A program made the translations under genes and the position numbers. From NCBI RefSeq assembly GCF_018977255.1, contig NW_024704743.1, forward strand, positions 113,708,001 to 113,772,000: a DNA stretch of 64,000 nt. Direction: 5' to 3'. The DNA comes from Callorhinchus milii (taxonomy: Eukaryota). The notes under the pieces were generated by a model. It was not told the DNA's origin and did not search any database. It saw only the letters and a list, made by a program, of their open reading frames with translations. Every line of letters begins with the position of its first letter. The first letter of the stretch is position 1. Positions 51,535 to 63,119 of the stretch are shown one piece after another.

Positions 51535-51880
51535 AACTTTACATTTTTTATAGCACCTTTCGCTTGGGTTGGGGGTGTGGGTGGGGGTTAATGTCTCAAA
51601 GTGCTTCACAGGATATATTGTAAAGTGCAGTGACTGTGTATTTTGTTGATGAACGCGGCAGCCAATTTGTACACCTCAATCTGACACAAACAGTCATTCA
51701 GTGAATGATCAACTTTATTTGGGGGATTGTTGGCCAGGACACCAGCATAAATTCCGAGGTCTTTACAAATAGTGCCATGGGATCATTAATGTCCACCTGA
51801 GCAAGTTAGACAGAACATCAATTTAACATCACATCCAAAGGACGTCACCTGTGATAATGCAGACCTATATGGGAGTGCCA
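51535..51880 (-). mobile_element. Deu-type SINE 3' part
   Basis: aatagtgccatggg, ttggccagga and gcagccaattt blocks are reverse-complementary to 52541-52985. Confidence 0.75.
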
Positions 51881-52164
51881 TTAAAATCCTCCATGATTAA
51901 ACTGAGGTACAGTATATCATATATCTTGGTTGCTTGATCATTTGTTTAATCATTTTAGCCACAAGGTGATCAGTATATTTTTTATTTGCATACACAAAAC
52001 ATTTAATGGCATTCAGCAGGTATGAAAATGATATGGTGAGCAGAGGCTTCAGCTGGGGGTACAGCTGTTAAATATTTTACTTAAATGTTACTGCTTATCT
52101 TCTCGGCAGTGTTCATGCTCTTTTATTTCAGCTTGTAGGTTTTTGAGATGCATTAAATCACTCG

Positions 52165-52535
52165 ATATCAAAATTCTCACCCTCACCTATAAATCTCTCC
52201 ATGGCCTCTCCCTGCTCTACCACTGTGACCATCTTTAACCATTCTAACCTAGCTGCTCCCTCTGCTGAGAGAACTCTAGCCTGCTTCAAGTCCCCCATCC
52301 AATCTGCCGCACCATCTCTGGGTGAGCCTTCTGTCATTCAGCCAACGCTCTCTATAAGTCTATCCTGGAGTCCCTATGCCTCGCGTTTCCTTCCGTCCCC
52401 AATTTTAAAACCTGTTTTAACACTTATTTCTTCAGCTGTACTTTTAACTCCACCCCAACCCCCGCCCCACCATCTAGAGCGCTCAGTCAGCTGTGTGAAG
52501 CTCTTTGAGACGTCCTCTTGACGTGATAGATGCTA
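52165..52535 (+). mobile_element. Decayed L2 3' fragment
   Basis: aaaattctcaccctcacctataaatctctccatggcctc (KILTLTYKSLHGL) and tail gacgtcctcttgacgtga. Confidence 0.7.
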
Positions 52536-52540
52536 TGTGT

Positions 52541-52985
52541 GTCAGCCTGGAGCAATGGTAGAAATCTCGCCTCTGAGTTAGAAAGTTGTGGGTTGAAGCC
52601 CCGCATTGAGACTTGGAATTACATAGTTTAAGATAATACTCCAATGCAGTGCTGGGAGAGGGGGGATGCACTGTTGTAGGTGCCGTCCTTCGGATGAGAC
52701 GATAAACCTAGGTCCCATCTGCCTGTTCCACTGGTCATTACAGAACCCATGGCACTATTTGAAAAGAAAAGGGAGTTTCTCCTGGTGTCTGGGCCAATAA
52801 ATCCCCCAAATAAAATTGTTCACTCACTCTAACGCTGTTTGTGGGGCATTGCTGTGTGTGAACTGGCTGCCAGGGTTCATCCACAAAATACACAGTCGAT
52901 CCACTTTACAGTATATCCTGTGAAGCGCTTTGAGACATCTCAACGACGTGATAAGGCGCTATATCAAATGCAAGGATTATTATTA
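52541..52985 (+). mobile_element. Full-length Deu-domain SINE (SacSINE1/AmnSINE1-like)
   Basis: Distinct tRNA head (tctcgcctctgagttagaaagttgtgggttgaagccc). Deu blocks ggtgccgtccttcggatgagacgataaacc and cccatggcactatttgaa. Same 3' module and (ATT)n tail as the short SINE. Confidence 0.85.
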
Positions 52986-54086
52986 TATAGATTATATTGT
53001 ATTTAAAAGTTCTCCAAGTGATTTTATTCACTATAAAATAATATTTAACATTTATTTGTAAGGTTATGACTTTCTAAAGAAATTAAAACTGGAAACCTGA
53101 ATCTCTTCCTTGTAATTAATGACAGAATGACTATGGAACCATTTGCATTTGCAGCCCCTGGCTAGACAAGTCTATGATGGTCTAAGTCTAAGCAATATCA
53201 TAAGGGGCAGAAATGGGATTTGAGGAACAGAGGAAAATAACTCATAGAGTACTATCTTGCTTTGAAATAAAAAAACACAAGATGCATTAAAGGAAGGAAT
53301 GTTTAGGTGCTACAGTGAGCTTCACTATAATTAGATCAGTGCTGTAATTAAAGCCTAGTGTGGATCCAAACATTTTATACATGAAAGATTTAGCCAACCA
53401 CATCAAGTAGTGTTGGAAATACCCTGAGTGGGAGAAAGGATCAAAATCTGAATGATAGGGGTGACACCTTAAATCACTGCAGAATCCCCTTGTTGTTAAA
53501 TTTTGTCCCTCAAACATGTCCAAATTGAATGAAGGAAACATTTTGCAGCCAGTGCAATGGATTCTTACCACCACATCCATTTACATTGCATTCAAATAGG
53601 AATAGACCATACACACACTGAGGAACACAGCGGTGCTTGATAAATAACAACAGAACTTGGTCAAATGAAACTATATATCTATACTTAAAGCGTGCTAAGA
53701 GCCGTACCTCAAAAGATAAAATGTTGCAACCATTCATTCATATTAATGTTATTTACTACATGATTGAACCTAAACTTAAGTTAAAGAAATATAACAGCGC
53801 ACTATACGTGAAGTACAACTATGATATTCTGAATTGTAATAATATAATAATACTCCTTGCATTTGGTTAATTGACAGTTGATTTGGCCTTTGATTTTGCT
53901 ATTCAATCTGAATGAAAGGACACCGGGAAAGTGCCTCTCTCGTAAAACCAAGGTTTGTTTCGTTAATGTGACCATTTCCACTGATTTTCTTATACTGCAC
54001 TTATTATGACCTAACACTAGTATGCACACACACCAATGTGATTAGATGTCAGCTTAATGTACCTAAGAAAATTCATCAGACAACCT

Positions 54087-54405
54087 GTGGAGTCCTGTAG
54101 CTCAGTGGTTAGAGCGCTCGCTTTGCAAGCGAGAGACCTGAGTTCAATTCCAGGCAGAGGGCGAAACCTTGGGCAAGTTTCCTTACTCCACACACCTAAT
54201 AATAATCCCTCCAAAAACAAAACAATAATAAATTGGGCATTTTCAATCTACGACTGTTTGTGGGACATTGCTGTGCGCAATTGGCTGCCGCGTTCGCCCA
54301 CAAATATACAGTCAATTCACTTTACAGTGTATTCTGTGAAGCGCTTTGGGACGTCCTCCTGACGTGAAAAGCGCTATATCAAATGCAAGGATTATTATTA
54401 TTATT
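54087..54405 (+). mobile_element. Full-length short-form tRNA SINE
   Basis: Near-consensus copy flanked by acct on both sides. Confidence 0.93.
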
Positions 54406-54450
54406 ACCTTTAAGTAATGTTCCTCATTGACAAATATTCTTTAGACTCTT

Positions 54451-54555
54451 TGAATCATAAAAATTTACTTTGCAGAAGGAGGCCAATTTGTTCATAGAGT
54501 CTGCACTGGTTCTCAAACAATTCAATCCCACTCCCCCTATTCCCACGCTGTCTCG
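54451..54555 (-). mobile_element. CR1 3'UTR, reverse strand
   Basis: Reverse complement reads ggagtgggattgaattg...tggcctccttctgc...tttatgattc. Confidence 0.7.
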
Positions 54556-54569
54556 AGCCTTTATCATTT

Positions 54570-54784
54570 ATATGGAATGCATTGCCTGAAAGGGTGGTAG
54601 AAGACAATTCGATAACAGCTTTTAAGAGAGAAGTAAATAATTATTTGGGGAGGACAAGTTTGTAGGGCTTTGGGGAGAGGGCGGGGGAGTGGGATTGATT
54701 TGGATAGCTCTTTTCAAAGAGCCGGTATAGACACGATGGGCCGAGTGGCCTCCTTCTGTGCTGGTTAATTCTATGATTCTATGA
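54570..54784 (+). mobile_element. CR1 3' end
   Basis: WNALPERVVE..SI.AFKRE...YL frame, then gggccgagtggcctccttctgtgctg and attctatgattctatg tail. Confidence 0.9.
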
Positions 54785-54949
54785 TATTCCTGACTACTTC
54801 CCTCTTGAAATCCACAACCCGCAATCATGAGATGTTGACTTGGTTGCTAAAGGAAACAAATATCATTTACGCTGTGTGTGACATTTTCAAATCTGGTGTG
54901 TTCACTGGAGTAACTGACCATCATGTATTTGTTCTCATGATCTAAATAA

Positions 54950-55027
54950 TTGTATTGTATTTTGTACTGTATTGTATTGATTGTATTATTGTATTGATTG
55001 CATTATATCATATTGATTGTATTGTAT
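54950..55027. repeat. (ATTGT)n-type simple repeat
   Basis: Direct. Confidence 0.8.
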
Positions 55028-55089
55028 GATGCCATCTCCCACTCCCCCATCTCTTTTTTTCCCAATAAAATGAATTCCTGCTCTGTGAG

Positions 55090-55550
55090 CCACTCTTAAA
55101 TTAGAGCTTTAACTTTTGGAATCAACCATGTTGCTCTTTCTCTGAATTCTCTTTGAATGCTTCAGTGCCTCGTTTGAATATAAGTTGCCCGAAGCAGCGT
55201 ACAATATTTGAAATGTGGCCTCTCCGGTGATATTTAAAAGGTTAGAATAATCTATTTTGACTGAAAGTCAAATGCCCTCCAGAAACAACTTAGAATTTGA
55301 TTAGCTGCAAATAGAAGCTTCACATTATCTGTTATCCCAGCGCCTTTCCTTCTCCACATTCCTCATGGACACCCTATCATTGTGCACACTCGGGTTTGCT
55401 GTTTCTTACTCCAATATAAATTATCCTGAATTCACTCACATTATAAATCAATCTGCTTAATTAATTTATGTTATCTTTTCTTCAATACTATTGATTCTCC
55501 TTAAATTATTCACTTGGTCACATTGTTCGGTATCATCGGCAAACGTTATA
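55090..55550 (-). mobile_element. Old CR1 ORF2 fragment
   Basis: Reverse complement contains tttgccgatgatacc (FADDT) and aggccacatttcaaatattgt (RPHFKYC, compare RPHLEYC). Confidence 0.65.
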
Positions 55551-55722
55551 ATGTTACAAGTGTACAGCCTTTTTCAGGCCTTACTCTATTGTATTGCCAG
55601 GAATCCTATTAATGACAAACACAAAGAGATAATTCATTTTAGAGTCAACGTGAAAGAGAAAGAATAGATTCCGGATAAGAATGCGAAACTATTAAACAAG
55701 CTTTGCCTCTTCAGTCTTGAAT

Positions 55723-57215
55723 AGGAAACCTGGATGGCCTTTTTGATCCCCAGCTATCCTTCAAACCCCACATTCGTGCCATGACCTGTTCCGCTTTTCC
55801 CCACCTCCGCAACATTGTCCACATTCACCACTGCCTCTCACCACAGGCTGCCAAGACAGTGATCCACGCTTTCATCATGTCCCGACTTGACTACACCAAC
55901 AGCCTGTTTGCTGGACTTCCCAACTCTTCAACAAAAATAGAAGTTGCTGGGAACGCTCAGCAGGTCAGGCAGCATCTATGGAGAAAGGAAAGCGAGTCAA
56001 CATTTTGGGTGCACGACTCTTCATCGGAACTGGAACATGTTGGGAGGGAAAGGCTTTTAAGAGCTAACAGAGAGGTGGGAGGCAGGGCAAGGAAGACAAA
56101 GGAGAAAATGGGGTAGAGGACAAGGGATGATGGATTAAAGAGGTGTTAATGATGCAAATCAAATGGGGGGGGGGTTGCAATAAAATGGAGGAATAGAGGT
56201 GTTAATAATGCAAAACAAAAGGGGGATTAATTGCAACAAAACAGGCAAACCAGAGAGAGAAAAGGTGTGTCTGAGACCCAGATGTTGTGGTAATGGTCAC
56301 AGAAGAGGGGGAGGGGGAAGGTGAGCTGTCATGGTCTGAAATTGTTGAAATCAATATTGAGGCCAGAGGGCTGTAACGTCCCTAGCAGATAGATGAGGTG
56401 CTGTTCCTCAAGCTTGCGTTGTGGTTCATTGGAACAGCATAGGAGACCATGGATGGAGAGGTTAGCGTACAAGTGGGAGAGAGAATTAAAGTGGTAAGAA
56501 ACCGGAAGCTCAGGGTTTTGCTTGCAGACAGAACGGAGGTGTTCGGCAAATCCAAATCTGTGTTTCATCTCCCCAGTGGAGACGAGGCCACATCGTGAGC
56601 AGTGAATGCAGTATACTGTATTGGTGGAAGTACACGTAAATCACTGGCTCACTTGAAAAATGTGCCAACTCTTCCTTCTACAAGCTGTGATTATTCAAAA
56701 CTCTGCAGCTTGTGTCATCTCCCGCAGGCTCCACAAACCAATCATCCCCGTTCTTGCCCGGCTTCACTCGCTCCCCATCCCTCAGAAAATCAGGTACAAA
56801 ACCCTTGGTCTTACCTTCAAAGCCCTCCACAGTCTTGCTCCACCCCCCGCCTCTCCAACCTTCAATCCCCATATCAGCCTGTCCACTCCCTTCGCTCAGC
56901 GTACACCGGCCTGTTTCAGGTCCCCCGCACTTCCCGCCCCACCATTGGTAGTCAGTCATTCAGCATCTCTGCCCCCATGCTCTGGAACTCTATCCCACAA
57001 TCCCTCTGCCTCACCCCCACTCTTGCCTCCTTCAAGTCCCATCTAAAGACCTTACTCTTCAACCATGCCTTCGTGCACCCTCCACCTCCACCCCCCTGCC
57101 CTCCACCCTCCTGACCCCAACTCCCAGCTCAGGTCCAAAAAACCCTGACTGTCCAGCGTTCTGGGACGTCTTTCTGACGTGAAGGGTGCTATACAAGAGT
57201 AATTTGTTGTTGTTG
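55723..57215 (+). mobile_element. L2 split by a Penelope insertion (pieces 55723-55929 and 56665-57215)
   Basis: ...SRLDYTNSLFAGLPNSS resumes as ..IQNSAA..., then LWNSIP and a (TTG)n tail. Confidence 0.92.
55930..56664 (-). mobile_element. Penelope-like element 3' fragment (GIY-YIG endonuclease)
   Basis: FTCTSTNTVYCIHCSRCGL..GE.KHRF.FAEHLRSV...PVSYHFN...RKLEEQHLIYLLGTLQPSGLN, flanked by the 10-bp duplication ccaactcttc. Confidence 0.9.
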
Positions 57216-57629
57216 AGAGAAGGCGACTCAGAGGGGATCTTGTTCAAAATTTTAAATGAAAAAGTAAATCCAGAACACTACTTTAAGATGATGGGAGGAC
57301 AGTAGGGTAGGTGTTCTGGAAGGGTGAGATCAGATGAGCCAAAGGGCCTTCTTCATCCAAACTAATCATGTGATCTTGTGCGAAGAAGATTGTAATATTT
57401 CAAAGACCTTTGAGACAATTCAACGTTTTGTCCAAAAGACTGGAGTTGATCAAATTCAATTACAACAACAGGCTTATGGTTAATGTTTCATATGTCCATA
57501 AGTGAGGAGAGGGAGCAAGGTGTAGGGATAGCTTTAAAACATCTATGGAGTTAATTGACAACCCATGTCTTCCCGACATGAAGGGCACTATATAAATGTA
57601 AACTGTATTGTATTGGAACCCATCCAAGT

Positions 57630-57700
57630 GTCAGCCTGTTCAGTGAGTAGCACTCTCCCATCTATGTCAGAAGGTTTTAGGTTCAAGCCCCACGTCAGGA
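57630..57700 (+). mobile_element. Deu-type SINE head only
   Basis: gtcagcctgttcagtgagtagcactctc...gtcagaaggttttaggttcaagccccac. Confidence 0.7.
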
Positions 57701-57779
57701 ATCATGGTTCAGGGGAAGCCTCTTCAATCCTTTAGGAATTTCCACATTTAAACCACATGTCAGGCTCTAACACACCCAA

Positions 57780-58067
57780 ATACTGGCATATGTAGAGCAG
57801 CTTGCACTGCACCAGCAAAGCTTTCATTTCTCACAAGTGCTTCAGTCGCTCAATTAATGCAATTTGTGCCAGAGTCTTGTAGTAATTTAATAACTGGGGT
57901 TGCATATGCATTGATGATTAGACTGAGGCCGCTCAGACTAATTTAATTTGGAATCCTTCACAACCATTAGAGAGCGAGAGAGACTTTCATCCCATCTGGC
58001 TTGGATGGCTCTAAACAGGTCCCAGGAGGTAAAAGAACAGTGTTCTGAACCATTGTGTTACCTAATC
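57780..58067 (-). mobile_element. Second LF-SINE-like relic
   Basis: Reverse complement starts gattaggtaacacaatggttcagaacactgttcttttacctcctgggacctg, related to the 36654 head. The left boundary is uncertain. Confidence 0.45.
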
Positions 58068-58744
58068 ATAACGTACACATCATAACAGGCAGAGAATGTT
58101 AATACACTCAAACCCCACTCGTAACCATTTACTTCAGCTCCTCCGCATGTAATATACATGGTGGATGTTGTCACTGAAAGCGCAATTGAGCTTGGTTGTA
58201 CTATAATTACATTCCCTCTCAACGTAATAAAGAAAACTCAATTATCTGGATTTATTATTGAGAGACTTTCGAAAGCCAGATATAATGCTCCTTAATGTGC
58301 GTCTCTCTGTGAATCAGACAGAAGTTTGCCAGCTTTAGATCCAACACAACAGTGCAGTCCCAGAAATAAGACACCAGCACCATGAAAGTTTACATTAATG
58401 GTTTCACTCCAGTCACTGTTTTATCATGCTGCGTCAATTTGCTGCCTTTTCTTCCAGTTTAGGAAACCGCTTATTGTTATTATCCACGAACAACCTGCAG
58501 CGCATCCTTGTGTGGTCTACCAGTAAGAACTTTCACAGTAAAGGGGAGAAAGTGGGACTGAGGGCCAGACATTCAATGTTTGTGCAGCAACTGTAGTTAT
58601 CGTGAATAGTATAATTTCCATACCATTTAATAACTATGGGGTCAATTTTGTACTTTTATTGAAAACTGGAGTTGAGAGAGAAAATGTGCAATTGTTCAAG
58701 GCGAAGTAAAGCTATCAGTGAAATTGTGCAGAGCGCATGTTGTT

Positions 58745-58975
58745 GAAACTCTTTCTGAAAAATCTCTCTGGAACTCCATCCTCTACATTGCCTTTTACCT
58801 CAACACATTTAAAACCCTCCATAACACCCATCTTTTTCACCGGGCTTTTGGCCACCCTTTGCCCCCTCCTACCCACCGCCCCCTCCCCCCAGACTCCCCC
58901 ATAGCTCAGCATCCCAGGCCAGTTGTGTCAAGCAATTTGAGACATCCCCCCCAACGTTCTATATAAATGTAAATT
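58745..58975 (+). mobile_element. Decayed L2 3' end
   Basis: ctctggaactccatcc (LWNSI), C-rich UTR, tail tatataaatgtaaatt. Confidence 0.7.
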
Positions 58976-59737
58976 GAGACATTCTCCGAAAGGGGCTATA
59001 TCAATGGACATTGGTGATGTTTTACGACAAACTTTGCTAGCTGTAAAGAAATTATGTCAACCGACAGGTTTCTACACATCTAATATCAATCTAGGAATAG
59101 ATAAAAATAATAACAATAATAATCCTTACATTTGATATAGAACCTTTTACATTGGCCACTAGTCTCAAAGTACTTTGTAAAATATACTGTGCAGAGCAAT
59201 GGCTGCCTTTTTTGTAGTATGATATACTGTAAACTGCAGTGAAACTCTATTTTGTGGTTTGGAGCAACAACAACAACAAATTACATTTGTATAGATATAA
59301 ATCTAGGAATAAACAAATACAGATTGCCATATTTTCAGTTACAAATTACATACAGAACAGACATTAGGAAGCGGGACATTGAAAGGGTACTTGGCACAAT
59401 TATTATATTTAAGACCTCGAGAGCAAGGATTGGTGTTTCAGCATTAATATAGCCAATGCCAGGTTACCTACATCTGTTGTTATTTGAGAAAATATGTCAG
59501 GTCCCCATTAATAATGCTTCCTCAGTTTCTGGTGCAGCATGTATTGCATGCTTATTGGATGAAAACAAAAAAAACAAGCAAGATTTCCCTGAAACGGGTC
59601 AAGAAATACTGTCTAGTGGTCAGCTAAGATTCACAGAAATGTTGCTTCAGATCTCGGGTAGTCGACTGGAATATCAAGTACCACGTTAATTCAAGATTAG
59701 AATCATACTATAGAGAATTGAATTATAAATATGTTAC

Positions 59738-60125
59738 AATAATAATCCTTGCATTTGATATGGTACTTCAAAAATCTCTCCATAGGGAATGAGGTGTAGT
59801 GACTTGTGTGCTTATAGGCAAATGGAACATTACATTTGCTCACAGCAAAAGTCCCACAAGCAGCCATGAAGTTAATGACAAATTAAATTGGAGAATTGAT
59901 GGTCAAGACACCAGAGTAAACTCCCTCTCTTTTCGAATAGCATCATGAGATATTTAAGGTCCACAGGCAGAAGGGATCCTGGTTTAATGAAGCTCAGAAC
60001 CTCCAACAGTGCAGCACTTTCCCCCCCTCCAGCACTACAACATTAGACTAGACCATAAATTCAAGACCTGATGTGGGCCTTAAACCCATAACATATCTGC
60101 TCAAATTCCAAGTACCATTGGCACA
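59738..60125 (-). mobile_element. Decayed Deu-type SINE
   Basis: aataataatccttgcatttg tail, gtcccacaag, ttcgaatag, acagtgcagcact blocks. Confidence 0.65.
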
Positions 60126-61194
60126 GTCTAGTGAGTTTACAGATTTCTACAATCATGATGGCATTATTATGTTGAAAGAAAGTCTGGAGTAGAGACTAAG
60201 CCCATGATCTGCTCAAGGCAGAAGTTGACTGTTTGGCCTGCTCTTCGTTGATGAAAAAATTGACAGGAGTTCAAGAAGCTGCACCTGGACTAATGCATAA
60301 TGCAAGGTAATAAATTATGACTGTTATTGGTTTTAATGTCTTTTATCTGAGACTTGTTGAGTCCAATTTCATCGGCATAGATTTTTTTAAAAAAGCCAAA
60401 TCAATTAAAAGTACTCAGTTCAGTCAAAGTTCTATGTGAATAAAGAAATGGATTCAATAATTAATAGTGCACTCAGGCTCTTTATGTTTCAGGCAGTGTT
60501 ATTTTAAAGGTCTTTGTGTAATTTTGTTGGTTTGTTTATTCATTGTGTACTTAATAGTGAAGTTGCTAATTAATAACTGCTAACTTAATTGTAAGCTTCA
60601 TACAATTTTGCTTTCATGTTCTTTGTTCTGCTGGTTAGAAAAAATCATACAACTCTATAACAGAATGCAATGATCAGTAATTAAAGACTGATAGAGAGTT
60701 TATGACAAATGTTTTGGTTGTGAAAAAAACATCTTGAGGAAGGAATAGAAATACGAGGCTCTTTGTTTTATTAGATGGTTATTGAAATGATATTGAGCTG
60801 TACCTGAGACAGTATATAGATAGAAAAAGTAATTGGCATTCTAAACCATGGTGAGTAGCAAAGTAAATGTATTAAACAAGTGACATTTGACTGGATTGAA
60901 ATAAGTGGTAATTTTGTTTACTGCAAAATCTGAAGCAATAAACTGCTGCCATACTGATTAACTACAGAAATCACAGCCTAATCCAGGGATCAGAAGTTTA
61001 TCACTGGTGCCATAATTGAGTTAAAAGCGTAAATCAATTAAGAAGTAATAGTTTGATCATGCAGTACTTTTCGTCAGTAGGTGTCACCTGGGAAATGTTT
61101 TATTCATAATCTAAAGCATTTCAAAATGAAATTCCCCACACACACTTGCCTTTGGACATTGAATGTTTCGCTATTGGGAAATTCTATTCCTCCC

Positions 61195-61365
61195 ATATGT
61201 TAGTCAAAGTGGCAGAAACGAACCCTACAGGGCTCACCTCCCTTCTTGTCTGGAACAGTGCCAAAGCAGTATTAATGGGTGATAACATCTCATTTGCCTC
61301 CAGGAAAAAGGAGGAGTTAGCATTCCAAATGTGCTGAGAGCAGAATCAGAGAGCTAGTATTATGT
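61195..61365 (+). mobile_element. L1/Tx1-clade ORF2 relic
   Basis: N....S.LVWNSAKAVLMGDNISFASRKKEE then ESRIREL, matching the L1 linker motif W...KAVLRG..IS....KK. Confidence 0.6.
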
Positions 61366-62080
61366 CAATGAATTTATAATTCCACTGACACTTTTCAGGA
61401 GGGATAAAAGTGGCAAAATGCCAAGGTCTCAACTGGGTTGCAGCAATGTTGAGATTCATAAGATCGGATGGAAAGCTGGGAAAAATCTTTAAAAGGGGTT
61501 TAGAAATTTATGTGGAATACTTTTATCCTTTAAAATTAGTCGTTTGAAAATGTAGCAGTGTACAGAATGCTTAACTAGTGCTTTGAAAATTAGTGACTAA
61601 TTGGCTTAAGTGGAAACATTCTTTTGTAATACCAGTACATAAAAGTGCCATTAACTAACATCTGGTGTTAAGCACCATTTAGGTTTATTAACTCCATAGA
61701 CAAGTGTAATTCACTGCTACTTCAGAAAGCTGAAGCATTGCTCTGTGCCTCATTAACATACAGTGCTGCATAAAACCACTCGTGAGCATTTAGTGAATGT
61801 CAGCCAGCATGTTTAATGCATTGGCACATTGACCGGCGTATATATTCCTGAGGCAAACATTAATGCTGCCCATTGATGACTATCAAGCAATATGTCAATG
61901 TTGCGAAACACATGTTACAGATTGTGGCATTACACAGTAAGTAGGAAAACTCTAAAATGTAGCATTAACCCCAAGTGAAATCACATATTGAGCATTTGGC
62001 CATTTTTTAACTGGGATTTAGTCAGCTAACACTGCATACCTTGCAATTGAGAGCACTGCCTGGCAAGCTTCCTGCTGATA

Positions 62081-62409
62081 GTAATAATCCTTAATAATAA
62101 TAATAATCCTTGCATTTGATATAGCGCTTTTCACGTCGGGAGGACGTCCCAAATCGCTTCACAGAAGACACTGTACAGTGAATTGATTGTATATTTGTGG
62201 GCGAACGCGGCAGCCAATTGCGCACAGCAATGTCCCACAAACAGTCGTAGATTGAAAATGACCAATTTATTATTGTTTTTGGTTTTGGAGGGATTATTAT
62301 TAGGCTCTGTGTGGAGTAAGGAAACTTGCCCAAGGTTTCGCTCTGCCTGGAATTGAACTCAGGTCTCTCGCTTGCAAAGCGAGTGCTCTAACCACTGAGC
62401 TACAGGACT
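62081..62409 (-). mobile_element. Near full-length short-form tRNA SINE with CTGATA duplication
   Basis: Near-identical to 7016-7335. ctgata occurs at 62075-62080 and 62408-62413. Confidence 0.93.
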
Positions 62410-63039
62410 GATATCTGTCTAAGACTACCTTACCTGTTAGGTTTTGGTTTTCAGGGTTAACAATGGTCAAGTCAGAAGAATCCCTGCTCTAGTGCCCCTG
62501 AGCCAGGCTGGTTGGTCTGTCATCAGCATTACCCTCGAGTTTTGTGAACCAGCCTGGATCAGGAACCGGACTACCAAGCCTGCCACAGATGATTGACTCA
62601 ATGCTGACATTCCATTGCCAAATGCATAACCTTGGAGGTAACTCAGCTTCACAATGACCCTGCTTACCATATCTGTTCCCCCAGGATAGTCACATATTAA
62701 AATGGTCAGTACAGATTGAAGCTCACCGCATTACATAACCGTTTTGCTGACATGTTACCACAAACAAGTATGTTGGTTATATAAACCTACATCAGAACTG
62801 TTGGTGCAGAAATCGTTTGTGTGATATAGGTATTTTAAGTAATAGTACTGTTGTGCTGCTTTTACTTGTCTGTTATATGAAACAAAAGAGGATATAGCCT
62901 TGACTTGTTGCACATTAATGGCATTTTCTGCTTTATGTAGAACAAGTTCTAAAAAAATTTGTCAGGTTATTTACACGAAATATTTTTATGAGTAAATAGC
63001 TACTTTGCAGTTTCCAAAAAAGCAATCATTCCCAATATC

Positions 63040-63115
63040 TGCTCATGATCTGGAAGCAGCACAAAGGAGAGCTGCGAGGTTTATCCCTAGCATTTGAGGG
63101 ATGAGCTTTGAAAGC
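63040..63115 (+). mobile_element. CR1 ORF2 fragment
   Basis: DLEAAQRRAARFIP...GMSFE, compare LE.VQRRATR.IP...GLSYEERL. Confidence 0.65.
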
Positions 63116-63119
63116 CTAG

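Larger units (their letters stand above)
55650..57380 (+). mobile_element. CR1 3' fragment split by L2 (pieces about 55650-55724 and 57216-57380)
   Basis: ctcttcagtcttgaa (LFSLE) before the L2 and agaaggcgactcagaggggatctt (RRRLRGDL) after it rejoin the CR1 motif LFSLE.RRLRGDL. Confidence 0.75.
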
